This document shows positions 15,885-24,729 of a stretch of DNA of 26,042 nt, piece after piece (position 1 is the first letter of the stretch; every line of letters starts with the position of its first letter). The position numbers and the translations under genes are program-made. The notes beneath the pieces were generated by a model, which saw only the letters and a list, made by a program, of their open reading frames with translations, was not told the origin of the DNA and did not search any database. The DNA is from a virus (Duplodnaviria; Caudoviricetes). The DNA is taken from IMG/VR virus record IMGVR_UViG_3300037692_000228, positions 1-26,042 of that record. The stretch is one strand, 5' to 3'.

Positions 15885-16589
15885 ATGGCTCAACAGTTTC
15901 AGATTGTCATGCTCGGCGAGGGCGGGCGGGTGGATCATACCCCGGAGTCCGCCGTCGCGGCCGGCGCGCCGATCATCACCAACGGCATGTTCCAGTTCGC
16001 GACCCAGCCCATTGCGGCGGCCGCGCTTGGAACACTTCAAAAGCTCCGGGGCCTGCGAGTTCGCGCGGTGAAGATCACTGGCGCGATCGCGGTTGGCAAC
16101 GATGTTTATTGGGCGGCCGCCGGCGATCCGGTCGGAGGAACCGCCGGTACCGGGGCGGCCACAACCACCGCCGCCGGAAACACCCTGATGGGCAAGTGCG
16201 TCGCCGCGGCCGCTTCCGGCGACGAAACGGTCGATGTCGATCTTGGCCCGGTTTCGGGGAGTGCGGGCGGAGTGCAAAACGAACTCACCGATCCCGGCGA
16301 CGCAGGGGCTCTGCCTGTCACGTCGTCCGGTCGGATCGCTCTGGTCTCGGCCGGGGCGGAGACACGGACGCTTGCTGCCCCTGCGGCGGCCGGTCTGGAG
16401 TTGCTGATCTACATGAAAACAGACGGCGGGGACGTGGTCATTACGGCCGCCACCGCCTTCAACGAGGCGGGCAACACGACCGCCACCTTTGACAACGTCG
16501 GCGAGACGTTGCGTCTGACCTCGGTGGAGGAAGGCGCGAACCTTCGTTGGCGCGGCGCGGTTGCTGATGGCGTCACCCTCGGACCGTAA
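15885..16589 (+). CDS. Capsid decoration/cement protein (DUF2190-like) with extra C-terminal domain
   Basis: AGGAGGAG RBS, position directly after the capsid gene, and DHTP...VAAG...GNDVYW...MGKCVAAAASGDETVDV pattern. Confidence 0.7.
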   Translation: MAQQFQIVMLGEGGRVDHTPESAVAAGAPIITNGMFQFATQPIAAAALGTLQKLRGLRVRAVKITGAIAVGNDVYWAAAGDPVGGTAGTGAATTTAAGNTLMGKCVAAAASGDETVDVDLGPVSGSAGGVQNELTDPGDAGALPVTSSGRIALVSAGAETRTLAAPAAAGLELLIYMKTDGGDVVITAATAFNEAGNTTATFDNVGETLRLTSVEEGANLRWRGAVADGVTLGP

Positions 16590-16594
16590 GCGTC

Positions 16595-16969
16595 ATGGCC
16601 GACATGTTCGCCAAAGCCTCGACCTGGATCGACGGTAAGCGCCGCGATCACTTGTCGTCAGGTGTGACGTACAAGCGCGGCGCGGTCGAGGCCGAGTTGC
16701 CCGCGATGATCGCGTTCACCTCCTACGAGATGCTGGATGAACGCGGGGCCATTGTGAAGGCGAAGTCGATCGACTTTGTCGTATCGGTCGCGGATTTGGC
16801 TGCGGCCGGACTTGGCGATCCGCAGATTGGAGACCTGATTCTGACCGGCGACGCCGCGGAGTCGGAATACCAGGTTCTCCAGTTGCCCGGAACGCATCAT
16901 TGGGAACCGCACGATCCGCACGGTGTCGCTTTGCGGATTCACACAAAACTTGGCGGCCCCTGCGAATAG
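16595..16969 (+). CDS. Head-tail joining/closure protein
   Basis: Position and size, with the VTYKRG...DFVV...PQIGDLI...LRIHTK pattern. Confidence 0.65.
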   Translation: MADMFAKASTWIDGKRRDHLSSGVTYKRGAVEAELPAMIAFTSYEMLDERGAIVKAKSIDFVVSVADLAAAGLGDPQIGDLILTGDAAESEYQVLQLPGTHHWEPHDPHGVALRIHTKLGGPCE

Positions 16970-16997
16970 GGTCCGCGATACATGAAGGAGATCGACA

Positions 16998-17414
16998 ATG
17001 GCCCTTACCCATCACCAGACGGCGCTCGAAGACTCGACCGACGCTGTCGCCGCACTCGTTAACGCATTCGTTTCGCCGTTCCTTTTGCTTCTCGACGCCG
17101 CCATTCCGAACGGAAACGTTTTGTGCGCGCTCGCGATGAATGCAACCCCGTTCGGTGCCGCAAATGCCTCCGGCGTTGCGACGGCCAACGCGATCGCCAA
17201 CGGTGTTTGCACGGCGGCGGCCGGCGTAGGCGTTGACACAACGCACTGGGCGATCGTCGACGGATCGACAGCTCCAGATGGCAATGCCATGTATATCCAA
17301 GGCACGATCGGAGAAGCGGCCGATGGGGCGGACATCGAAATCAACAACAAGACTCTGATCGAGGATCAGATTGTCCAGGTGACTTCGTTCACCTACGCGG
17401 CCCTGCCGCAGTAG
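16998..17414 (+). CDS. Virion structural protein (hypothetical)
   Basis: GAAGGAG RBS. Ala/Gly/Thr-rich beta protein located in the morphogenesis operon. Confidence 0.6.
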   Translation: MALTHHQTALEDSTDAVAALVNAFVSPFLLLLDAAIPNGNVLCALAMNATPFGAANASGVATANAIANGVCTAAAGVGVDTTHWAIVDGSTAPDGNAMYIQGTIGEAADGADIEINNKTLIEDQIVQVTSFTYAALPQ

Positions 17415-17435
17415 TCGCGAAACGAAACGGCATTT

Positions 17436-17477
17436 AAGCGGCCTGGCTCGATAGCTCGGGCCGGGCCGCTTTGCTTT
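17436..17477 (+). terminator. Long hairpin / putative leaky intrinsic terminator
   Basis: 16-bp stem AAGCGGCCTGGCTCGA / TCGGGCCGGGCCGCTT with 2 G-U pairs and loop TAGC, followed by TGCTTT. Confidence 0.5.
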
Positions 17478-17485
17478 GGAGTCGC

Positions 17486-20400
17486 ATGGCCGTCATCACC
17501 TCCAACTCTGGAACCAGCAGCACCGACCTGTTCGAGGGGAACTGGAGCGCCGGCTCCTCCTGGGTCGGAGGGGTTGCGCCCACCTCCAGCGACGATGCGA
17601 TCATCGCCCAGAACGCGGTGATCACGCTGACCGCGGACGCCGATTGTCTGTCCCTGACCGGGAAACGCGCGCCCACGGCGGGCAACCGCGGCGGGGAGTT
17701 CAAAGGAGGGACCGGCAACTTCAAACTCAATTTGTATGGAACGGACTGGTTGATCCGTCGCGAGGCGCCGCTTAGTGGCGGATTTTTCACCAGGGGCAAT
17801 TGCGAAGTCGTGGTCAAGAGCCCCAGCGGCGACGTGTCGCTGACGGACCCCTCCGGCGGGACCACTCCGCCGATTTTCTACAAACTCACGATTGACAGCG
17901 GCGCACGGATTTTCGCGTCTGAAGGCAGCGTGGCCAACGAATCCGGTGCGGGGATCACGGTTGTAAACGGATCGACCTTGATCCTGTACGGCAACGGCAT
18001 CACAGCCAATGGCGGCAACCAGGGGACGGGGCTGGGGACGTTCACCGTCGAGACCGGGGCCATCGTCCACCTTGGATGGTCGAACGGCGACGACACTTTT
18101 CCCGGCGACACGTTCGCCACGCCGCTGCCCGACATGACCACCTATGCGTTCAACCTCGGCACGGTGAGAATCGCGGTCAACAATGCCTACACCGTTCCCA
18201 CCGCCCCGACCTACGGGCATTTGCACCTCTCGCCGCCGATCGACGCGGACCAGACCTACACCATCGCGTCGGGCACACTCAACGTCACGGGCGATTTGAT
18301 CGTCTCTCCGAAGGACGTGGACGACAACGATGGGTTGCGACAAGGCTACCTGCTGACGGTCAACATGGCCGGAACCTGGGGCGTCGGCGACGAGGCCGGG
18401 CGGGTGCTGAAACTCACCGGCGAGCACACCTTCCCCTCGCCGCAATTCACCGTGCCCGCCAGGTCTGAGTTGGTCACCCGGCCGGTTTCAACGAGTTACA
18501 ACATCGACTGCGTCGACGTCACCATCGAGGCCAGTGGGCATCTGAACTGCGAATTCGCGTCGACGGTCATCAACTGTTTCGGCGACTGGACCCGCAACGG
18601 GGACGGGCAGTTCACCCGCGGATCGTCGGAAGTGGTCCTGGACCTGCAAACCGGCACGCAGACCGTCACCGGGGCCATGACCGGGGATGATCAGTTTCAC
18701 AAACTGACCGTCATCGGCGGAGGCGGCGCCGACCCCGGTGATTGCGAGCTGACCGGATGGACGCCGGGGATCGTGTTCGCCAATGCGATCACCACGGCGG
18801 ACCTTTTCACCATCGGAACCAACGCCAACGTGCAGTTCGCCAGCGGGCAGACCTACACGTTCGGCTCGATCGATTGGGACGGGGTGGATGCCGCGGGGCG
18901 CATTTACCTCCGCAACTCGGCGGCGTCGGGCTCGTGGACGCTCACCGTGACCGGGAGCAAGAGCGTTGCCTGGGTCAACGTGTCGCGAAGCAACGCGACC
19001 AGCGAAATCCTGGCCCTGGTCACCTCTGAGGATTGCGGAAACAACACCAACTGGATTTTCGCGGGCATCATTACGGCTGCCGTTACGGGCGGGGGCGCCG
19101 TTGCCGCCGGCGACTTGACGCTGATTGAGCGCTTTGTCTCTGCCGCCGTCGGCGGGGCTGGCGCAGTCGCGAGTGGATCGGCCATTGGCTCTGGAGTTCT
19201 ATCCGGCGCGGTATCAGGCGGCGGCGCGGATTCGGCAGGTGACGCGATTGCCTCAGCCATGCTTTCGGCGTCGGTTGCTGGAGACGGCGCGGAAGCTGCC
19301 GGGCAGCTTGTGGCCGTGGACCGAATTCTATCCGGCGCAGTCGCCGGGGCGGGAGCGGTCGCAAGCGGAACTCTTATCGCGGGGCAGTCTGTCTCCGGCG
19401 CAGTTTCCGGCGGCGGGGCGGCCGTCGAATCGGACTTGGTCGCATCGGCCATGTTGTCCGCTTCGATTGCCGGCGGGGGCGCTTCTGCGAACGGCGCGCT
19501 TTCGGCTGTCGATCGCATTGCCTCTGGGGCGGTGGGCGGCGACGGCGCTGTTGCATCCGCTTCGCTGTCCTCTTCGGCCGTTGTCGTCGGCAATGCCACC
19601 GGAGGCGGGGCCACCGCTAACTCACAGCCGATGGCGTCCGCGATTGTCTCCGGTGACGCCGCTGGCGCAGGGGGCGAGGTCGTCGGGCAAGTCAACGCCG
19701 TCCATCGTGTGCTCTCAGGTTCTGTGACCGGAGGCGGGGCGGTTGTCGCGGCTGAAGTCATTTCGGGTTCGGGAATCATTGCCTCCGTTGCGGGCAGCGG
19801 GGCAACTGCCACGGCCGCTCTCTCTGCGGCCTCTGTAGTTTCCGGCGATGTCTCCGGCGCCGGGTCGGTCGCAACCGGGGAGCTATCCGTAGTTGATCGC
19901 GCACTGTCTGCTGCCATTGCGGGCGGAGGGGCGGACGTTTCTGCCGAAGCGATCGGCTCTGCCGTTCTCTATGCTGCCACTGTCGGCGGCGGCGCGAGTG
20001 CCAACTCCGAAATCGTTGCGGCCGGCGTTGTCTCCGGATTGGCAAGCGGCGGCGGCGCGGTATCGGACGCAAGTATCTCCTCTACGCCGGGCAGCATCGT
20101 CGTTGACCTTGAGATCGTCGCGAACAACGACGACGGTTTCAGCACTACCTCTAGCAACTGGAACGGAAGTTCGGAGTCCATCCGACTTGGCCGTAGTGGC
20201 TCCACTAATTACACCGACGGGTTCCGGTTCCAAGACGCAGGAATTCCACCCGGCTCGGAGATTGTCGCGGCCACGTTGCGTGTGTATGTCTGGAGCCGAA
20301 CCGGATCGGGCACGGTTGACGGCCGGGTTCGAGGGATCGCGGCCGACAATTCTCCGGATTGGGGGTTTGGTAGCGAACAGAACCCGATCGCGCTCGCAAA

Positions 20401-23038
20401 GACCACGGCTTTCGTCGAAAAGCAGTCCTGGACCGTTGGTGAGTTCAACGCGATCAACGTCCGTAGCATTGTCCAGGAGATCGTCGATCGCGCGGGATGG
20501 GCACATGGAAACTCCCTGTCGCTTGTGATCTCCGAAGACGGAAGCGATGCGGACAATTTCGTTGAGCTTCGTGCGATCGAATATTCCGGCGGCGCGTTCC
20601 GGGCAACCCTTGAGGTCGACTACATCCCGATCGCGTCGGAAAGCTTCTCTGCGGCCGTTGCGGGCGGCGGGGCATCCTCCGTTTCGTCTCTCTTCGCGTC
20701 GGCAGTCCTCTCCGGTTCCGTCTCTGGGGCTGGGGCGGTCGCTTCGATGGAAGCCGCATCGGCTGCAATTGTCGCGGGCACCGTTGCTGGCGGTGGGGCG
20801 GTTTCATCGGCCGACTTAACCTCTGTCGATCGAACCGTTGGCGGGGATGCCGTAGGCGGCGGGGCGGTCGCCGCGGCCTCAATCCGATCCTCGGCTATGG
20901 TCGAAGGGGAAGCCGTCGGGGGCGGTGCTGCGATCGGCGGCGACTCAATTGCGGCCGCAGTTCTTTCCGCTTCCGTCTCCGGAGGGGGCGCCACAGTCCA
21001 GGCCACGATCGCAGCCGGCGACTATGAAGTCTCAGGCGATGTGACCGGGGGCGGCGCTGTTGTCGCGGCGTCCCTTGTCGGCAGCGCTCTCCTGTCCGGC
21101 TCCACGGCCGGCGGCGGCGGAGCCTCTGATTCAATCCTTCGCGCGGCCGCCGTTGTTTCCGGTGCAGCAACCGGCGGCGGGGCAAACGCGAACGCCAGCC
21201 TTTCAATCGTCGATTCAGTATTGTCGGCTTCGCTTGCGGGCGGGGGCGCCGTTGTTTCCGCCTCGACCGTCGCGAGTGGGATGGTCTCAGCGGCCACGGA
21301 GGGCCCTGGGGCCGTCGCGGTCGCATCGCTCGCGTCCGCAGCAATCGTGTCCGGGGCCGTCGCGGGGCCTGGGGCCGTTACCGATGCCCAATTGTCTGGA
21401 ATCGACCGGGTAGTCTCCGGGGATGCCACGGGCGGCGGCGCCGTTGCCGCCGGCGAGGCGATCGCCTCCGGGCTCCTATCGGGGGCCGTTTCTGGTTCCG
21501 GGGCCGTCCCCGTGGCCGTATTGCGTTCCTCGGCGGTCCTGTCGGCCGCCGTATCGGGCGGCGGAGCTTCCGTGGATGCCACCGTTGCCGCCGGCGACTA
21601 CGAGGTTTCGGGCGCGGTCGCGGGGGGCGGGGCCTCAGTGGTCGCGGAGATCGTTTCTGGAGCCGTCGTGTCCGGATCGCCCTCCGGTCCTGGGGCGGTC
21701 GCCACATCCGCCGTCTCTGCGGCCGGATTTCTTACCGGCGCGGTAAGAGGCGGCGGGGCCACGGTTTCTTCCTCCCTGATCGTCGGCGACTATGAGGTTT
21801 CCGGGGCCGCTGTCGGGGGCGGGGCTGTCGCGGATGCGACCCTGGTCTCTGCATCGGCCCTTGCTGCGGCCGTCAGCGGCCCAGGCGGAGTTGCCGAGTC
21901 GGCAATCGTGTCGGCCGCCGTGCTCGATGCCGCGGTCGCGGGACCGGGGGCAGTTTCAACCGGAGAGCTGTCGGCTGGGGCTGTCGATCGGATGCTGTCC
22001 GGTTCTGTCACCGGGGGCGGCGCTATCGTCGGCTCAGAGCTTTCGGCGTCTGCCACCATCTCCGGTGGAGCGACCGGAGGCGGCGGGTCCGCGAGCGCGT
22101 CGCTTGTTGGCCTCGGTAATATCGTGACCGGCGCCGCGGTCGCAGGCGGCGGCGCTTCGGTCGACGCTTCCATCGTCGCAGCCGCAAACTTCAACGCGAC
22201 CATCTCAGGGCCCGGCGGGCAGACCACCGCGCACCTCGTGGTTATCAATTCGACGATCGTCGCTGCGGTTGCTGGAGGCGGCGCGTCGGTCAGCGCCAGT
22301 CTGATTTCGTCCGCCACCATCGACGGAGAGGTAGTCGGCGGCGGTGCGGAATCGGATGCCGGATTCCTCGCCTCAGCGATGGTCAATGGATCGGCTGTCG
22401 GCGGGGGCGCGTTCACTGGATCGGAGAGTCCTCCGTTCCCGAGCGGTTCGCCGGCTTCCGCGAGAGCGGCCGCAGTCATTACGTCGGCGTCGGCTGTCGG
22501 CGGGGGCGCGGAAGCCTCGATTGTCCTGACCTGGAAATGGCCCAACATGTCATCAATCCATCTTGCCATGACCGCGTTCACAATGAAGCTCCAGGAATGG
22601 ATCGCAGCCGAAGACCCGTTCGCGATCGGTGACGAAAACGAACCGGGCGTGGTTCCGGTCTTTGTGATTACTTTGCGTCCACAGTATCGCCCGACCGAGC
22701 TTTGCGAGCTTCAGTTCACCATCGTCCCGCGTCTAATCGAAGGGGCTTACCTCTCTCGCGATACCGCGTTCGACGACGTTACCTTTGATCTCGCCATTCA
22801 AAAGCGGTTGGCCGATCCCGGCACTGACCACGAAGAGGTCGGAAACCTTATGGCATTCGTTGAGCGGGTTCGCGAGTTTATGCGCACGGAGCGCAAGCTG
22901 GTTCGCCACGGGAATGAGTTCATCCTAATGGATGAGACGAACGAGCCGGCTTACTCCGAACAGCACTTAAACGAGGCGCGGACCTTCACCAGTGTGATCT
23001 CCGCAACCTACAGAACAAAGGACCGGGTGCTTGTTTAA
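17486..23038 (+). CDS. Giant Gly/Ala/Ser-repeat fibre/adhesin-like virion protein with a C-terminal tail-completion-like domain
   Basis: About 1850 aa: a beta-rich N-terminal ~530 aa, two long runs of ~23-25-aa repeats (SxAVxGGGAxxxxxL), an inserted globular domain (GFRFQ...IPPGSEIVAATLRVY...INVRSIVQEIV), and a distinct 163-aa C-terminus. Confidence 0.75.
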   Translation: MAVITSNSGTSSTDLFEGNWSAGSSWVGGVAPTSSDDAIIAQNAVITLTADADCLSLTGKRAPTAGNRGGEFKGGTGNFKLNLYGTDWLIRREAPLSGGFFTRGNCEVVVKSPSGDVSLTDPSGGTTPPIFYKLTIDSGARIFASEGSVANESGAGITVVNGSTLILYGNGITANGGNQGTGLGTFTVETGAIVHLGWSNGDDTFPGDTFATPLPDMTTYAFNLGTVRIAVNNAYTVPTAPTYGHLHLSPPIDADQTYTIASGTLNVTGDLIVSPKDVDDNDGLRQGYLLTVNMAGTWGVGDEAGRVLKLTGEHTFPSPQFTVPARSELVTRPVSTSYNIDCVDVTIEASGHLNCEFASTVINCFGDWTRNGDGQFTRGSSEVVLDLQTGTQTVTGAMTGDDQFHKLTVIGGGGADPGDCELTGWTPGIVFANAITTADLFTIGTNANVQFASGQTYTFGSIDWDGVDAAGRIYLRNSAASGSWTLTVTGSKSVAWVNVSRSNATSEILALVTSEDCGNNTNWIFAGIITAAVTGGGAVAAGDLTLIERFVSAAVGGAGAVASGSAIGSGVLSGAVSGGGADSAGDAIASAMLSASVAGDGAEAAGQLVAVDRILSGAVAGAGAVASGTLIAGQSVSGAVSGGGAAVESDLVASAMLSASIAGGGASANGALSAVDRIASGAVGGDGAVASASLSSSAVVVGNATGGGATANSQPMASAIVSGDAAGAGGEVVGQVNAVHRVLSGSVTGGGAVVAAEVISGSGIIASVAGSGATATAALSAASVVSGDVSGAGSVATGELSVVDRALSAAIAGGGADVSAEAIGSAVLYAATVGGGASANSEIVAAGVVSGLASGGGAVSDASISSTPGSIVVDLEIVANNDDGFSTTSSNWNGSSESIRLGRSGSTNYTDGFRFQDAGIPPGSEIVAATLRVYVWSRTGSGTVDGRVRGIAADNSPDWGFGSEQNPIALAKTTAFVEKQSWTVGEFNAINVRSIVQEIVDRAGWAHGNSLSLVISEDGSDADNFVELRAIEYSGGAFRATLEVDYIPIASESFSAAVAGGGASSVSSLFASAVLSGSVSGAGAVASMEAASAAIVAGTVAGGGAVSSADLTSVDRTVGGDAVGGGAVAAASIRSSAMVEGEAVGGGAAIGGDSIAAAVLSASVSGGGATVQATIAAGDYEVSGDVTGGGAVVAASLVGSALLSGSTAGGGGASDSILRAAAVVSGAATGGGANANASLSIVDSVLSASLAGGGAVVSASTVASGMVSAATEGPGAVAVASLASAAIVSGAVAGPGAVTDAQLSGIDRVVSGDATGGGAVAAGEAIASGLLSGAVSGSGAVPVAVLRSSAVLSAAVSGGGASVDATVAAGDYEVSGAVAGGGASVVAEIVSGAVVSGSPSGPGAVATSAVSAAGFLTGAVRGGGATVSSSLIVGDYEVSGAAVGGGAVADATLVSASALAAAVSGPGGVAESAIVSAAVLDAAVAGPGAVSTGELSAGAVDRMLSGSVTGGGAIVGSELSASATISGGATGGGGSASASLVGLGNIVTGAAVAGGGASVDASIVAAANFNATISGPGGQTTAHLVVINSTIVAAVAGGGASVSASLISSATIDGEVVGGGAESDAGFLASAMVNGSAVGGGAFTGSESPPFPSGSPASARAAAVITSASAVGGGAEASIVLTWKWPNMSSIHLAMTAFTMKLQEWIAAEDPFAIGDENEPGVVPVFVITLRPQYRPTELCELQFTIVPRLIEGAYLSRDTAFDDVTFDLAIQKRLADPGTDHEEVGNLMAFVERVREFMRTERKLVRHGNEFILMDETNEPAYSEQHLNEARTFTSVISATYRTKDRVLV

Positions 23039-23486
23039 GTTGAATCCCAATCTGAGCTTCTTCGACGCTCCGCGTGTCGTTCGATCGGTGGATCGGTCCG
23101 CACGAAAGGTGCTCGGAAAATACGGCGGGATTGTTCGCAAGACCGCCCAACGCTCCATGCGGAAAGCGCCGGTTCCGGGGGCTCGAACCAAATCCGGCAA
23201 GAGGAAGAAGATCATTCCGTCGGCCCCCGGAGAGCCGCCACGGAGTCGATACGGACAGCTTCGTAAGTTCCTGTTTTACGCATGGGATTCAAGTACGCGA
23301 TCGGTCGTTGTCGGTCCCGTTCCGTTGAGCAATAGAGCCTTCGTGCCTGCGCTTCACGAGGAAGGCGGAGTTCGGGTTTTTCTCGGCGAGCGTCGCCGAT
23401 ATCCGGCGCGGCCTTACATGGGGCCAGCGAACGAAGAGCACATCGACAAGCTTCCGGCGATGTGGCGAGACAGTGTGACGAAATAA
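23031..23486 (+). CDS. Neck/tail completion protein (HK97 gp10-like)
   Basis: Basic protein with SAPGEPP, HEEGG and YPARPYMGPA motifs. Confidence 0.7.
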   Translation: MFKLNPNLSFFDAPRVVRSVDRSARKVLGKYGGIVRKTAQRSMRKAPVPGARTKSGKRKKIIPSAPGEPPRSRYGQLRKFLFYAWDSSTRSVVVGPVPLSNRAFVPALHEEGGVRVFLGERRRYPARPYMGPANEEHIDKLPAMWRDSVTK

Positions 23487-23513
23487 ACGCCCTATGGGCA
23501 GAGGAGAATCACA

Positions 23514-23954
23514 ATGGCAGAACTTTTCATCATCGGCATCGAGGGCGGCATCTACTACGGCGCCGTTGACGACGCGCTGGCAACGATGACCGAACTGACC
23601 AACGTCCGAAACGTGAGCTTTGACGGATCGGCCGGCGAGGCCGACGTGACGACGCGGGCAAACGCCGGTTGGCGCGCGACAGCGCCCACCCTCCGAGAGG
23701 CAACGCTGACTTTCCAAATGATCGCGAAGCCGTCCGACGCCGGCCTGACCGCGATCAAGACCGCTTGGCTTACGAGCGCGCAGATTGAACTCGCAGCCCT
23801 GACCGAGAAGAAAACAGTCGTCGGCGCGGAAGGTCCGAAGGGGGCGTGGTCGATCACCGGGTTTGTCCGCAACGAAGACCTTGAGGATGCGATCGTTTAC
23901 GACGTGACCGCGAAGCTGGCCGAGTTCGACGAATGGGTCGTCGTTGCGTCCTAG
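23514..23954 (+). CDS. Major tail tube protein
   Basis: GAGGAG RBS. Acidic 146-aa beta protein with EADVTTR...GWRAT, directly before the chaperones and tape measure. Confidence 0.75.
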   Translation: MAELFIIGIEGGIYYGAVDDALATMTELTNVRNVSFDGSAGEADVTTRANAGWRATAPTLREATLTFQMIAKPSDAGLTAIKTAWLTSAQIELAALTEKKTVVGAEGPKGAWSITGFVRNEDLEDAIVYDVTAKLAEFDEWVVVAS

Positions 23955-23989
23955 TCGGCACTCTTTACGCAGCCTGGAGGTCTGCGCGT

Positions 23990-24439
23990 ATGCACTCATT
24001 TACCGATAGCGCCGGGCGCTCGTGGGATATTTCCCTGAACGTCTCCGTCGTGAAGCGAATCCGCGATCGTCTTTCGGTTGACATTCTTCAACTGGACGGA
24101 GGCGATCCACCATTGTTGACCAGGCTCGCACTGGACATCATCCTTCTGTGCGACGTGGTCTTTGTCTGCGTCGAACCGGAGGCCAAGATTCGATCCGTCA
24201 CCGATGAGCAGTTTGGCGAATCGCTCGGCGGCGAAGTGGTCAACAACGCTCGCGATGCATTCTTCGCGGAGCTTGTTGATTTTTTCCGCCAGACCGGCAG
24301 GCGGGAGCTGGTCAAGGCGATACAGACCCAGGAGGCGGTGATCGGGATGGCGGTCGCGAGGATCGAGGATCGCGTGAGCAATCTCGATCTCGCGAAGTTC
24401 CTGAACGAGGCGATTCCCGCCCAGACCTCTGGCGGCTGA
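23990..24439 (+). CDS. Tail assembly chaperone (gpG analogue)
   Basis: GGAGG upstream and ATG 23990. Lies between tube and tape measure and contains slippery T TTT TTC. Confidence 0.7.
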   Translation: MHSFTDSAGRSWDISLNVSVVKRIRDRLSVDILQLDGGDPPLLTRLALDIILLCDVVFVCVEPEAKIRSVTDEQFGESLGGEVVNNARDAFFAELVDFFRQTGRRELVKAIQTQEAVIGMAVARIEDRVSNLDLAKFLNEAIPAQTSGG

Positions 24440-24729
24440 TCTGGGAGTATGCCGGCATCGTCGGAATCGATCCGAACCCGCTGACTCTGCGAGAGCTGAT
24501 CTGGATGGTACACGGCCGACTGAACGAGGCGTGGGATCGGAATTCCCATCTGCTCGCGATGCTGGCCAATCCGCACCGGGATCGAAAGAAGCGAAGCCGG
24601 CCGTTCGAGCCGAGCGACTTTCACCCGTTCCGGACCACAAAGCGTCGCTCCGGAGATTCAATCAAAGAGGCCCGGGCGCTCTTTGAAAGCTTCAAACGGA
24701 GACGGCCGAAGGAGTCCGTAAATGGCTAA
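24283..24729 (+). CDS. Tail assembly chaperone frameshift extension (gpGT analogue)
   Basis: The -1 frame is open from the slippery site (24280-24286) to TAA 24727-24729, encoding ...LIWEYAGIVGIDPNPLTLRELIWMVHGR... The ORF track shows only 24505..24729. Confidence 0.65.
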   Translation, partial: FPPDRQAGAGQGDTDPGGGDRDGGREDRGSREQSRSREVPERGDSRPDLWRLIWEYAGIVGIDPNPLTLRELIWMVHGRLNEAWDRNSHLLAMLANPHRDRKKRSRPFEPSDFHPFRTTKRRSGDSIKEARALFESFKRRRPKESVNG

